Source: an uncultured Spirochaetota bacterium
GTDB lineage: Bacteria > Spirochaetota > Spirochaetia > Treponematales > UBA12059
Length of the DNA stretch: 64,000 nt
Assembly (NCBI GenBank): GCA_937873275.1
Contig: CALMRC010000087.1
Coordinates: forward strand, 8,816 to 72,815
Reading direction: 5' to 3'
How positions within the stretch are numbered: position 1 is the stretch's first letter; each line of letters begins with the position of its first letter. This document shows, piece after piece, positions 50,542 through 59,433 of the stretch. The notes beneath the pieces were generated by a model, which searched no databases, was not told the origin of the DNA, and saw nothing but the letters and a program-made list of their open reading frames with translations. The translations under genes and the position numbers were made by a program.

Positions 50542-52557
50542 TCATGCCGCGATCGCCTTCCGCTCCTTGGCGGCGGGCAGGAACTTGACGCCCGCGAAAC
50601 CCACCAGGGTCAGACCCAGGCCGATCAGGTCGGTCCGAAGGCCCGGGGCGATGAGCATCACCGCCGCCGCGCCGAACACGATCCGGAGGGGCCACATCAG
50701 CCGCTTGGTGAGGTAACCCTCGGCCGCCACGGCCAGGAGGGCGGTTCCCGCGAGGCCGGAGATGGCGGACCAGATGATCGCGAGCTTGGAGTCGGAGATC
50801 AGGAGCATCTCCGGGTTGTAGATGAAGAAGAACGGCACGATGAACCCGGCCAGGGCCAGGCGGAAGGCCGTCCAGCCCACCTTGTTGGGAGACGCTCCGG
50901 ACATGCCCGCACCGACATAGGCGGCAAGGGCGACCGGCGGGGTGATGGTGGACAGGCAGGCGAAGTAGAGCACGAAGAAGTGGGCCTGGAACGGGGGCAC
51001 GCCCATCTTCGTGAGGATGGGAACCGCGATGGAGCCGGCGATCACGTAGCAGGCGCTGGTCGGAAGGCCCATGCCCAGGATGATGGACACCACCATGCAC
51101 AGGAAGAGGGCGATGGGAAGCTGGCCCGCGGAGAGTCGGACGATGTTGTCCGCCAGGATGATGCCGATCCCCGTCATGGACAGGACGGCGACCACGAACC
51201 CGGCGTTGGCCATGGCGACGCCGATGCTCAAGGAACTCCGGGCGGAATTGACCGCCACGTCCCGCAGCTCCTTGGCCCCGATCCGGGTCTCCTTGCGGAG
51301 CCAGGACAGCAGGGCGGTGATCACCACCGTGTAGAAGGCCGCGTACAGCGGGGTCCGGCCCTCGAACAGCAGGTAGATCAGGACGAAGATGGGGATGATC
51401 ATCTGGCCGTAGCGCAGGATCGTCTTCCAGACGTCGGGAAGCTCCTCCTTGGACAATCCCCGGAGTCCCAGGGACCGGGCCCGGAGGTCGATCTGGAAGA
51501 AGACGCCCGCGAAGTACAGCAGGGCCGGGATGATCGCGGCGCCGGCGATGGTCAGGTACCGCACGCCCAGGAACTCCGCCATGATGAAGGCGACGGATCC
51601 CATGATGGGCGGCATGAACTGCCCGCCCGTGGAGGCGGCCGCCTCGATGGCTCCCGCGAAATACGGCTTGTATCCTACCTTCTTCATGAGGGGGATCGTG
51701 AAGGCCCCCGTGGTCGCCACGTTGGTCGCCGCGCTCCCGCTGATCATGCCGACCAGGGCGCTGGCCACCACGGACACCTTGGCGGGACCGCCGGTTAGGC
51801 GGCCGCCGAGGGCCAGGGCGATGTCGTTGAACAGCTTGGAAAGACCGCTCTTGTCGAGCATCGCGCCGAGCACCACGAAGATGATCAGGTAGGTCGACGA
51901 AACCCCGATGGGCATGCCGAATATTCCCTGGCTCGTCAGGTACATCTGGTAGATGATGCGTTCGACGGAGTGACCCCGGTGGGAAAGGACTCCGGGTATG
52001 TACCGTCCGCCCCAGGCGTACAGAAGGAAGACGATGCACAGGATCAACAACTGGGGGCCGACGGATCTTCGGCACGCCTCCAGGACCAGCAGGATCGCCA
52101 GGGCACCCACGTACAGGTCCATCGGCTCCGCGACGCCGCCCCTCTTGAGGAACGCGTCCCTCTGCAGCAGGGTATACAAGACCATTCCGATGGACAGGAC
52201 GGCGAGTGCGATATCGAACACCGTCGGTCGGTTCCGGGGGGACTTCCTCGAGGAGGGGAAGTACAGGAACACCAGGACCAGGATGAATCCCACGTGGATC
52301 GCGCGATGCTTAATCACCTCGGGCATCCCGAACCGGGATGTCCACATGTGGTAGGAGATGAAGATGATGGAAACCGCGAAGATCACGTATTTCCAGAAGA
52401 GGTCCACATTTCTCCGGTACCCCGATTCCCGGTCGACCTGCTGGAGGATCTTCTCTCCGTCCGGGGTCGCTTCGGTTGCCGCCGCGGTCTGTGCTTTCTT
52501 TTCCACACCCTTCCCCTTGCCGGGAGCGCACTCCCGGTATCGATGGGCCGCATACAT
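50542..52557 (-). CDS. TRAP transporter fused permease (TAXI-type DctQM-like)
   Basis: 671 aa, more than 16 TM. An alternative GTG start at 52506 (VEKKAQ...) has a better SD. Confidence 0.88.
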   Translation of the reverse strand: MYAAHRYRECAPGKGKGVEKKAQTAAATEATPDGEKILQQVDRESGYRRNVDLFWKYVIFAVSIIFISYHMWTSRFGMPEVIKHRAIHVGFILVLVFLYFPSSRKSPRNRPTVFDIALAVLSIGMVLYTLLQRDAFLKRGGVAEPMDLYVGALAILLVLEACRRSVGPQLLILCIVFLLYAWGGRYIPGVLSHRGHSVERIIYQMYLTSQGIFGMPIGVSSTYLIIFVVLGAMLDKSGLSKLFNDIALALGGRLTGGPAKVSVVASALVGMISGSAATNVATTGAFTIPLMKKVGYKPYFAGAIEAAASTGGQFMPPIMGSVAFIMAEFLGVRYLTIAGAAIIPALLYFAGVFFQIDLRARSLGLRGLSKEELPDVWKTILRYGQMIIPIFVLIYLLFEGRTPLYAAFYTVVITALLSWLRKETRIGAKELRDVAVNSARSSLSIGVAMANAGFVVAVLSMTGIGIILADNIVRLSAGQLPIALFLCMVVSIILGMGLPTSACYVIAGSIAVPILTKMGVPPFQAHFFVLYFACLSTITPPVALAAYVGAGMSGASPNKVGWTAFRLALAGFIVPFFFIYNPEMLLISDSKLAIIWSAISGLAGTALLAVAAEGYLTKRLMWPLRIVFGAAAVMLIAPGLRTDLIGLGLTLVGFAGVKFLPAAKERKAIAA

Positions 52558-52564
52558 GCCGGCC

Positions 52565-52640
52565 GGATATGGATATCGATATTCCTAGTTCGATATCCTA
52601 TATCCTATATCCAGTGTATCATGAGTATAGTATACGTCAA
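52565..52640 (-). promoter_or_regulatory. TRAP operon control region: promoter TTGACG-16-TACACT, spacer palindrome GTATA-G-TATAC, tandem GGATATA repeats and an inverted copy
   Basis: -35 at 52640-35, -10 at 52618-13. GTATAGTATAC at 52625-35. Minus-strand GATATAGGATATAGGATAT at 52611-52593. IR GGATATCGA (52571-79) and TCGATATCC (52590-98). Confidence 0.45.
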
Positions 52641-52722
52641 GCGAAAAAGAAAGGAATGACGAGGGAAAACCGGGGAAAGATGTTCGGAGGGATCGGGCTC
52701 CGCTGCGAAGACCCGTCCCTTC

Positions 52723-53409
52723 CTAGTGCTTGTTGCGGGAGAGGGCGGAGACCGCCCGCCGCTCTCCGTTCAACAGGTGGGAACTTACGGCCACGACGAT
52801 CCGGTCCGGGTCCCGGGTGCGGAGGATCTCCAGGATATCCAGGTGCTCCCGGATCACCTCGTGGGTAACCGCGTCGTGCATGGTCTTCCGGCTTTCCGCG
52901 AAATACCGGATCCGGTAGGAAACTTCGTGAACCCTGCGGAGGGTCTCCCGCAGGTAGGCGTTCGGGCACTGGAAGTACAGAAGCTCGTGAAGCTTAATAT
53001 CAGTTCTGATATAGAGTTCCGTGTTTGTAGGATCGTCCCGGAGCGTGAGGATCTCCCGTTCGAGCTCGGCGATCTCCTCTTCCCGGATCGCCGCGGCGCT
53101 GGACCGGGCGGCATAGGGTTCCAGAAGCCGGCGCATCTCCCAGATCTCCCGGATATCCTTTTCCGTGATCTCCGTGACCTGGGCTCCCTTGTTCGGAATG
53201 AGGGTCACGAGGCCGTCGGCCTCGAGGCGGACGAGGGCTTCCCGGACGGGGGTGGCGCTGACGCCGTACTCCTCCGCCAGGCGGTCGATCTGCAGGAGAG
53301 ACCCGGGAACGAAGGCGTTCCGGAGGATGGAGTCCTTGACGGCGTCGTATAGTTGTTCCCGGATCGGGACGGCTGCTATTTTCTTGTTCATGACGATCAC
53401 CACGGGCAT
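52723..53409 (-). CDS. GntR family (FCD subfamily) transcriptional regulator
   Basis: 228 aa. wHTH (LQIDRLAEEYGVSATPVREALVRLEADGLV). TATAAT at 53420-53415 sits 5 nt before this ATG, so the mRNA may be leaderless. Alternative ATG at 53391 with GGTGA. Confidence 0.85.
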   Translation of the reverse strand: MPVVIVMNKKIAAVPIREQLYDAVKDSILRNAFVPGSLLQIDRLAEEYGVSATPVREALVRLEADGLVTLIPNKGAQVTEITEKDIREIWEMRRLLEPYAARSSAAAIREEEIAELEREILTLRDDPTNTELYIRTDIKLHELLYFQCPNAYLRETLRRVHEVSYRIRYFAESRKTMHDAVTHEVIREHLDILEILRTRDPDRIVVAVSSHLLNGERRAVSALSRNKH

Positions 53410-53499
53410 TCTATATTATATAATCCTTATTGTCCATGAAAATGCTCTCCGCTTTGCAAAAAAGTTAACCCGCTTTCCGTACCTTCCGCCGAAATTGCC

Positions 53500-53552
53500 T
53501 TGCTAAATGGCCGCAAGGATGGTATAAATATATGATATAGGATCGCGGATAT
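53500..53552 (+). promoter_or_regulatory. putative promoter TTGCTA-17-TATAAA followed by operator-like GATATAGGAT-CGC-GGATAT
   Basis: -35 at 53500-05, -10 at 53523-28, motif at 53534-52. The same 19-mer (16/19 identical) lies just after the TRAP -10. Confidence 0.45.
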
Positions 53553-53576
53553 TTTTTCCTGCAAAGGAGTGAACCG

Positions 53577-55193
53577 ATGACAGTTGCCGATCGGTTGGTG
53601 GCTCGCCTTCGTGCCGCGGGCATAAAGCGGGTATTCGGCGTACCCAGCGGGTCCTGGCTCTACTATATGGACGCCATGCGCAAGGGAGGACTTGATTTCG
53701 TCCTGGTGGCCCACGAGTCCACCGCGGGCTTCATGGCGGACGTCACCGCTCGGGTCACGGGCATACCCGGCGCCTGCTACGGAACCGTGGGACCCGGGGC
53801 CACGAACCTGAGCACCGGCGTCGGGGGAGCCTTGCTGGACCGGTCGCCCCTCCTGGCCTTCACCAGCGAACCCCCGGAGAAGATGCTGGGCCGCACGGTC
53901 CAGATGGCGGTGGACCATCAGGCCCTCTTCCGGCCCCTCACGAAGTGGACCACCCGCCTGGCCCCCGACCGGGTCGACCAGGTGCTGGACCAGGCGCTCC
54001 AGATCGCCCTGTCCGACATGCCCGGGCCCGTCCATATCGGCCTTCCCGAGGATCTCGGGCCCAAGCAGACCCACGACTCCCCCGTAACCCGGGGACTCCC
54101 CCCGACCCGGAGCCTGGGCCCCGCCTCCGAGGATTCCCTTCGGGCCCTGGAGACGGTCGTGGCCGGTTCCCGGCGCCCCGTCCTGGCCGTCGGCTTGTCC
54201 GCCGTCCGGGCGGGACTGGGCCCCGCCCTGCTCCGGATCGCGGAAAAACACCGGATGCCGGTCATCCTCACCCCCATGGCGAAGGGCCTGATTCCCGAGG
54301 ACCATCCCCTCTACGTCGGGGTTCTCTTCCACGCCCTGTCCGATCGGGTGGCGGCCACCCACAAGGAGTCCGACCTGGTCATCGCGGTGGGATACGATCC
54401 CATCGAATTCAACTATGAGGATTGGATGCCCTCCGTTCCCCTCCTCTGCCTGGACACCCTCCCCGCGGACATCGACCGCACGGCCTATCCCTCCGTCACG
54501 GACGTCACGGGGGATATCGGCGTATCTCTCCGGCGCCTCGAAGCCCTGCCCCCCCTGGATTCCCGGTGGGACCTGAAGGAGCTCGCGGACCGCCGGCAGG
54601 CCATGTTCCGGACCATGGAGCCGCCCCCGGGTTCCTTCGGTCCCCGGGCCGCCCTGGCGGGTCTCCGGGAGGTCCTGCCCCGGGACGGGATCATGACCTG
54701 CGACGTGGGTGCCCACATCCACCTGATCGGCCAGATGTGGCGGACCCCGGCCCCGGGTCTACAGCTGATGACGAACGGGTGGTCCTCCATGGGATTCGGC
54801 ATTCCCGCCGCCCTCGCCGCCAAGCTAGCCCGCCCGGACCTTCCGGTGGCCTGCGTGACCGGTGACGGAGGATTCCAGATGATGGCCGGGGAGATGGCCA
54901 CGGCCCGGAGGATCGGCCTACCCGTGGTCTTCGTCCTCCTGGAGGACCGGAGCCTGGACTTGATCCGGCTGAAGCAGGACAAGAAGAACATGCCCCGCTA
55001 CGGGACGGACCTCCTGGATCCGGATTATCCCCGGGCGGACTCGATCTTCGGGGTGCCCATCCTCCGGGCCGGGACCGCCTCGGACTACCGGGCCGCCCTG
55101 GACGCGGCCTTCCGTTCCGACGGCCCCGTCATCGTGGAGGCGGCCATAGACTCCTCGGAATACGACGAACTCATTCTTCGGAAGCACAAGTAA
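53577..55193 (+). CDS. thiamine diphosphate-dependent enzyme (acetolactate synthase/2-ketoacid decarboxylase superfamily)
   Basis: 538 aa. N-terminal Pyr domain (VFGVPSGS...HESTAGFMAD) and C-terminal ThDP motif GDGGFQM...N. Confidence 0.88.
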   Translation: MTVADRLVARLRAAGIKRVFGVPSGSWLYYMDAMRKGGLDFVLVAHESTAGFMADVTARVTGIPGACYGTVGPGATNLSTGVGGALLDRSPLLAFTSEPPEKMLGRTVQMAVDHQALFRPLTKWTTRLAPDRVDQVLDQALQIALSDMPGPVHIGLPEDLGPKQTHDSPVTRGLPPTRSLGPASEDSLRALETVVAGSRRPVLAVGLSAVRAGLGPALLRIAEKHRMPVILTPMAKGLIPEDHPLYVGVLFHALSDRVAATHKESDLVIAVGYDPIEFNYEDWMPSVPLLCLDTLPADIDRTAYPSVTDVTGDIGVSLRRLEALPPLDSRWDLKELADRRQAMFRTMEPPPGSFGPRAALAGLREVLPRDGIMTCDVGAHIHLIGQMWRTPAPGLQLMTNGWSSMGFGIPAALAAKLARPDLPVACVTGDGGFQMMAGEMATARRIGLPVVFVLLEDRSLDLIRLKQDKKNMPRYGTDLLDPDYPRADSIFGVPILRAGTASDYRAALDAAFRSDGPVIVEAAIDSSEYDELILRKHK

Positions 55194-55204
55194 GGAGACC
55201 GCTT

Positions 55205-56416
55205 ATGGAACCCAAGAATCCAGGATCGACCTTCGCGGAGCGCGCGGCGGCGGCGCGGCTTGCCACCGTCCCGTTCTCCGGAATCCGCAAGGTCTTCGAC
55301 AAGGTCAAGGAGCTGGAGGCGGCCGGCAAGGACGTCATCCACTGGCAGATCGGCCGGCCGGATTTCGACACCCCCGCCCACATCAAGGACGCCGCCGCCG
55401 CGGCGCTGAAACGCGGCGAGGTGCACTACGCCCCCAACCTGGGCATTCCGGCCCTCCGGAAGGCCATCGGGACCCGGACGACGATCGATACCGGGGTGAG
55501 CGTGGACGGAGAGAAGCAGACCTGCGTGACCGCGGGCGCCAACGAGGCCATCCTGATCTCCATGCTGGCCTTCATCAACCCCGGAGACGAGGTCCTGGTC
55601 CCGGATCCGAACTGGCACCATTACAAGTCCTGCGCCTCCCTGGCCGGAGGGATTCCCGTGGAGGTTCCGGTCCGCATCGAGGACGGTTTCTCCATGTCCC
55701 CCGCCGAGGTCGAGAAGCGGATCACCCCCCGCACGAAAATGCTCTGCCTCACCTCCCCCGCTAACCCGACGGGCTGCGTGGAGAGCGCCGAGAACCTGAA
55801 AGCCCTGGCCGCCCTCGCGAAGAAGCACGACCTGGTGGTCCTGGCGGACGAGATCTATTCCAGGATCTATTACGGGGAGGGGGCATCCGCCCCCAGCTTC
55901 TACTCCATCCCGGGCATGCCGGAGCGCACGGTCATCATCAACGGCTTCTCCAAGACCTACGCCATGGACGGATGGCGCCTGGGCTGGACCGTGGCTTCCG
56001 AGGAAATGACCCGGTCCATCCTGAAGGTCCGCCAGTACACGACGGTCTGCGTGAACACCTTCATCCAGTACGGAGCCGCGGAGGCCCTGACGGCGGACCA
56101 GTCCTGCGTGGACGACATGGTCGGGGAGTTCTCGAAGCGAAGGACCGTGATGCTGGAAGGCCTGGCCAAGATCCCGGGCGTGAAGGTCGCGGAGCCCTTG
56201 GGCGCCTTCTACGTCTTCCCGGACATCCGGGCCTTCGGGAAGCCCTCCGCGGCGGTCGCGGACTACCTCCTGAACGAGCACCAGATCGCCTGCGTGGCCG
56301 GAAGCGTCTTCGGCCCCTCCGGGGAGGGCCACCTTCGCCTGGCCTACTCCTGCTCCACCGAGGAATGTCGCAAAGGGGTCGAGCGCCTCCGGACGGCCTT
56401 GGCGGCCTTCCAGTAA
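55205..56416 (+). CDS. class I pyridoxal-phosphate aminotransferase (aspartate aminotransferase-like)
   Basis: 403 aa. ...SFSKTYAMDGWRLG... PLP-lysine motif. Confidence 0.9.
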   Translation: MEPKNPGSTFAERAAAARLATVPFSGIRKVFDKVKELEAAGKDVIHWQIGRPDFDTPAHIKDAAAAALKRGEVHYAPNLGIPALRKAIGTRTTIDTGVSVDGEKQTCVTAGANEAILISMLAFINPGDEVLVPDPNWHHYKSCASLAGGIPVEVPVRIEDGFSMSPAEVEKRITPRTKMLCLTSPANPTGCVESAENLKALAALAKKHDLVVLADEIYSRIYYGEGASAPSFYSIPGMPERTVIINGFSKTYAMDGWRLGWTVASEEMTRSILKVRQYTTVCVNTFIQYGAAEALTADQSCVDDMVGEFSKRRTVMLEGLAKIPGVKVAEPLGAFYVFPDIRAFGKPSAAVADYLLNEHQIACVAGSVFGPSGEGHLRLAYSCSTEECRKGVERLRTALAAFQ

Positions 56417-56489
56417 ACCGACGGTACCGCGGAGCCGAGCCGCGCCCGGCCCGGCTCCGGATCCCGAATATGCCCGGCACCGACCGCGT

Positions 56490-57392
56490 CTAGGAGGCCG
56501 AGGATACCGCGGCGTCCTCGGCCAGGAGGAAGGCTCCGGTCAGCCCGGGAATCTCCAGGCCCGGAGCCCGGATCCTGTCCGCCCACTCCCCGGGGGAGCG
56601 GGGGCGGTCCAGGTATTCCGCACAGAGGGACGCGGCCGAGGATCGCACCCGGTCGATCAATCCGGGAACCTGGGCTATCCCCCCTCCCAGGATCACCGCC
56701 CGGGGTGACAGGACCATGAGCAGGTTCACGATCCCCTGCGCCAGGTACCAGGCCTCCAGGTCCCAGGCGGGATGGCCGGGGGAAAGGTCCTCCCCCCGCC
56801 TCCCCCACCGGGCTTCCACCGCCGGCCCGGACGCCATGCCTTCCCAGCAGGAGCCGTGGAAGGGGCAGGAGCCTTGGAACGCGTCGTCGCCTCGCCGGGA
56901 CACCAGCATGTGTCCCATCTCCGGGTGCGCGGACCCGTGGAGGAGCTTGCCGTTCACGACCGCCCCTCCCCCGATCCCGGTACCCACGGTCAGGTAGACC
57001 GCGGGATCCAGGCCCCGGGCCGCCCCGAGCCGGTACTCCGCCAGGGCCGCGGCGTTCACGTCCGTGTCGAATCCCACGGGCACCCCCAGGGCGCGGCCCA
57101 GGGTGCCCGCGACATCGGTTCCCTGCCATCTGAGCTTGGGGGTCGAGGTGATGAAGCCCCACCGGGGGGAATCCGGATCGAGGTCCACGGGTCCGAAACA
57201 TCCGACCCCGAGGGCACTAATCGACCGGCCCTCCGCGGCGCGGGCCCGGAAAAAACCGACGACCCGGTCCAGGGTCTCCCCGGGATCCGTCGTCGGAATG
57301 CGCTCCCGGGCGAGGGGCTCCTCCCCCGCCCGGCCCACCGCCGCGATCACCTTCGTCCCGCCCAACTCCACGGCGCCCCTAAGTTCCGTCAT
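56490..57392 (-). CDS. ROK family sugar kinase (fructokinase-like)
   Basis: Trimmed to MTELRGAVELGGTK... (300 aa). ROK Zn motif variant GHMLV...CPFHGSCWEG. ATGA overlap with the TetR stop. Confidence 0.85.
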   Translation of the reverse strand: MTELRGAVELGGTKVIAAVGRAGEEPLARERIPTTDPGETLDRVVGFFRARAAEGRSISALGVGCFGPVDLDPDSPRWGFITSTPKLRWQGTDVAGTLGRALGVPVGFDTDVNAAALAEYRLGAARGLDPAVYLTVGTGIGGGAVVNGKLLHGSAHPEMGHMLVSRRGDDAFQGSCPFHGSCWEGMASGPAVEARWGRRGEDLSPGHPAWDLEAWYLAQGIVNLLMVLSPRAVILGGGIAQVPGLIDRVRSSAASLCAEYLDRPRSPGEWADRIRAPGLEIPGLTGAFLLAEDAAVSSAS

Positions 57393-58021
57393 GCCGCACC
57401 CCCCGCCGGATGGAATATCTCGCTCAAGGCTCCCAGGATCTCGGATTCCGCCCGCTCGCCGGAGACGCCGCGTTCCGCGGCCATGGACGGGATCACGTTC
57501 TCCGCGAACAGCACCGCCAACCCGTGCACGGTGGACCAGATCAGCATGGAAAGGATCCCGGAATCCCGCCCGGGATCCAGGCTGCCTTCGGCCTGGCATT
57601 CCCGCACGGTGGCCTCCAGTTCGCCGAAGGCGTCGTATTCCGGCCCCTGCGGCGCCTTGGGGCGCTTCCTCTCGAGGGCGGAAAAGCCGAACCCGGAAAA
57701 CATCAGTGCGAGCACCTGGGGGTTCTCGCGGCCGAAGGACACGTACGCCCTGCCCAGGACGCCCAGACGCTCCCGGGAGTTCGCGGCCGGCCGGGCCCGG
57801 GCCTCCCGAAGGACGCCCGTAAGTCCCCGCATTCCCTCCATGACCAGGGCTGCCAGGAGGGCGTCCTTGTCCTCGAAATGTCGGTACGGCGCGGCGTGGC
57901 TGACACCCGCTCGGGCGGATACCCTACGCTGGGAAAAACGCCGGGGACCGAATTCCTTCAATTCCTCGAGGGCGGAATCCAGGAGGGCCCTGCGGAGGTC
58001 CGGATGGTGATACTGCTTCAT
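57389..58021 (-). CDS. TetR family transcriptional regulator
   Basis: Trimmed to MKQYHHPDLRRALLDSALEEL... (210 aa). HTH FSQRRVSARAGVSHAAPYRHF. Confidence 0.85.
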   Translation of the reverse strand: MKQYHHPDLRRALLDSALEELKEFGPRRFSQRRVSARAGVSHAAPYRHFEDKDALLAALVMEGMRGLTGVLREARARPAANSRERLGVLGRAYVSFGRENPQVLALMFSGFGFSALERKRPKAPQGPEYDAFGELEATVRECQAEGSLDPGRDSGILSMLIWSTVHGLAVLFAENVIPSMAAERGVSGERAESEILGALSEIFHPAGGAA

Positions 58022-58034
58022 GGTTCCTATCCAA

Positions 58035-58079
58035 GGTATACCCGTCGCGGTTGACAATGTCAACATTCGGCGATACTCT
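58035..58079. promoter_or_regulatory. divergent promoters sharing the palindrome TTGACAATGTCAA as both -35 boxes
   Basis: Plus strand: TTGACA (58051-56)-17-TACTCT (58074-79). Minus strand: TTGACA (58063-58)-17-TATACC (58040-35). Confidence 0.5.
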
Positions 58080-58159
58080 ATGTTTACAACGGTAACATCG
58101 GGACGCGGAGTCCCGGCCGGCCGCCGAACGGGGCCGGCACGACGCCGGAAGGAGTCACG

Positions 58160-58711
58160 ATGAAGATCCTTATCCTGGACGGGGGTGCACGGTCGGGGAA
58201 TGACCCGCTCGCGGACTACCTCGCGTCGTTCGAGGCGGCCCTGGCCTCCGGGGGGGCCGAGGTACGCCGAATCCGTCTCGCGGAGATGGAGATCCGGTTC
58301 TGCACGGGTTGCTGGTCCTGCTGGTGGGCGACCCCGGGGCTCTGCGCGCTCCGGGACGGCATGGAGGAGGTCTACCCGGCCTTCCTCGAGGCCGACCGGG
58401 TCGTCTGGGCGGTCCCCCTCGTCCTGGGAACGGCGTCGGCCCTGGTAAAGAAGACCCAGGACCGCCTGATCCCCCTCCTGCACCCGTACATCGAACTGGT
58501 GGACGGGGAATGCCACCATCGAAGGCGGTACGACCGGTATCCCGAACTGGGGCTCATCGTCGACCCCCGGGACCCGGACACGACGGAGGATCTGGCGGGT
58601 ACCCGGCTGCTGTTCGAGAGATTCGCCCTGAATCTCCGCAGCCGCCTCGTATTCTTCGCATCGACGCGCGCGAATCCCGAGGAGGCCGCCCGTGAAGCGC
58701 TTGCTGCTTAA
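58160..58711 (+). CDS. iron-sulfur flavoprotein (ISF)-like flavodoxin-fold protein
   Basis: 183 aa. Compact Cys motif C-x2-C-x2-C-x7-C (CTGCWSCWWATPGLC) in an NADPH-dependent FMN-reductase-like fold. SD GGAAGGAG. Confidence 0.7.
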   Translation: MKILILDGGARSGNDPLADYLASFEAALASGGAEVRRIRLAEMEIRFCTGCWSCWWATPGLCALRDGMEEVYPAFLEADRVVWAVPLVLGTASALVKKTQDRLIPLLHPYIELVDGECHHRRRYDRYPELGLIVDPRDPDTTEDLAGTRLLFERFALNLRSRLVFFASTRANPEEAAREALAA

Positions 58712-59357
58712 CGGTTCCCCCCGGGGCGATTCCTCCAATTCCCGATGCCTCTGTGCCTGGCTGGCGGAGGGCTTCGTCGAGGCGGGCGCGCCCGCTCCCG
58801 AAATCCTCTCCCTGGCGCGGGCGGGGACGGAGCGCGCGGTTCGGGAGTTTCGGACCGCGGACGAGGTCGTCCTCGTATTCCCCCTCTATACGGATTCCAT
58901 GCCCGGAATCGTGGCCGAGTTCACGAACGCTCTCGCGGACCTGGATCCCGCGGTCCCGGCGGGCAAGCGAGTGGGATACGTCGTGCACTCGGGGTTCCCG
59001 GAATCCGCGCAATCCGAGCCGCTGGCGGCATACCTGGAGAGGATGTCCGCGCGCCTGGGATTCGTCCACCTGGGCACGATCCTCAAGGGCGGGAGCGAGG
59101 GGCTTCGGCTGGATCCCGGGAGCGGGAGGTCGAAGACCGCGGGGCGGTTCCGGGCTCTCGGACGTTCCCTCGCGGGACGGGGCTCCTTCGATCCGGACGC
59201 CAAGGCGGCCCTCGCCCGCCCCCGCAGGCTGGGGCCGGCGACCAGGATCCTGTTCCGCGTACTGGCGCCCACGGGGATCCTCCACATGTACTGGAACGTC
59301 CTGCTGAGAAAGCACGGGGCGTACGAGCGCCGCCACGATCGGCCGTACGCCGTGTAG
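58692..59357 (+). CDS. flavodoxin-like/NAD(P)H-dependent oxidoreductase family protein
   Basis: 221 aa. GTG start after GGAGG. MKRLLLNGSPRG... pattern. Overlaps the upstream gene by 20 nt. Confidence 0.6.
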   Translation: MKRLLLNGSPRGDSSNSRCLCAWLAEGFVEAGAPAPEILSLARAGTERAVREFRTADEVVLVFPLYTDSMPGIVAEFTNALADLDPAVPAGKRVGYVVHSGFPESAQSEPLAAYLERMSARLGFVHLGTILKGGSEGLRLDPGSGRSKTAGRFRALGRSLAGRGSFDPDAKAALARPRRLGPATRILFRVLAPTGILHMYWNVLLRKHGAYERRHDRPYAV

Positions 59358-59433
59358 GGACAAGGGACCGGGGTTCCCGCGTCCGGGATGTCCCGGCCGC
59401 GGATCGGATACAGGATCGGATACCCGGTCGCCG

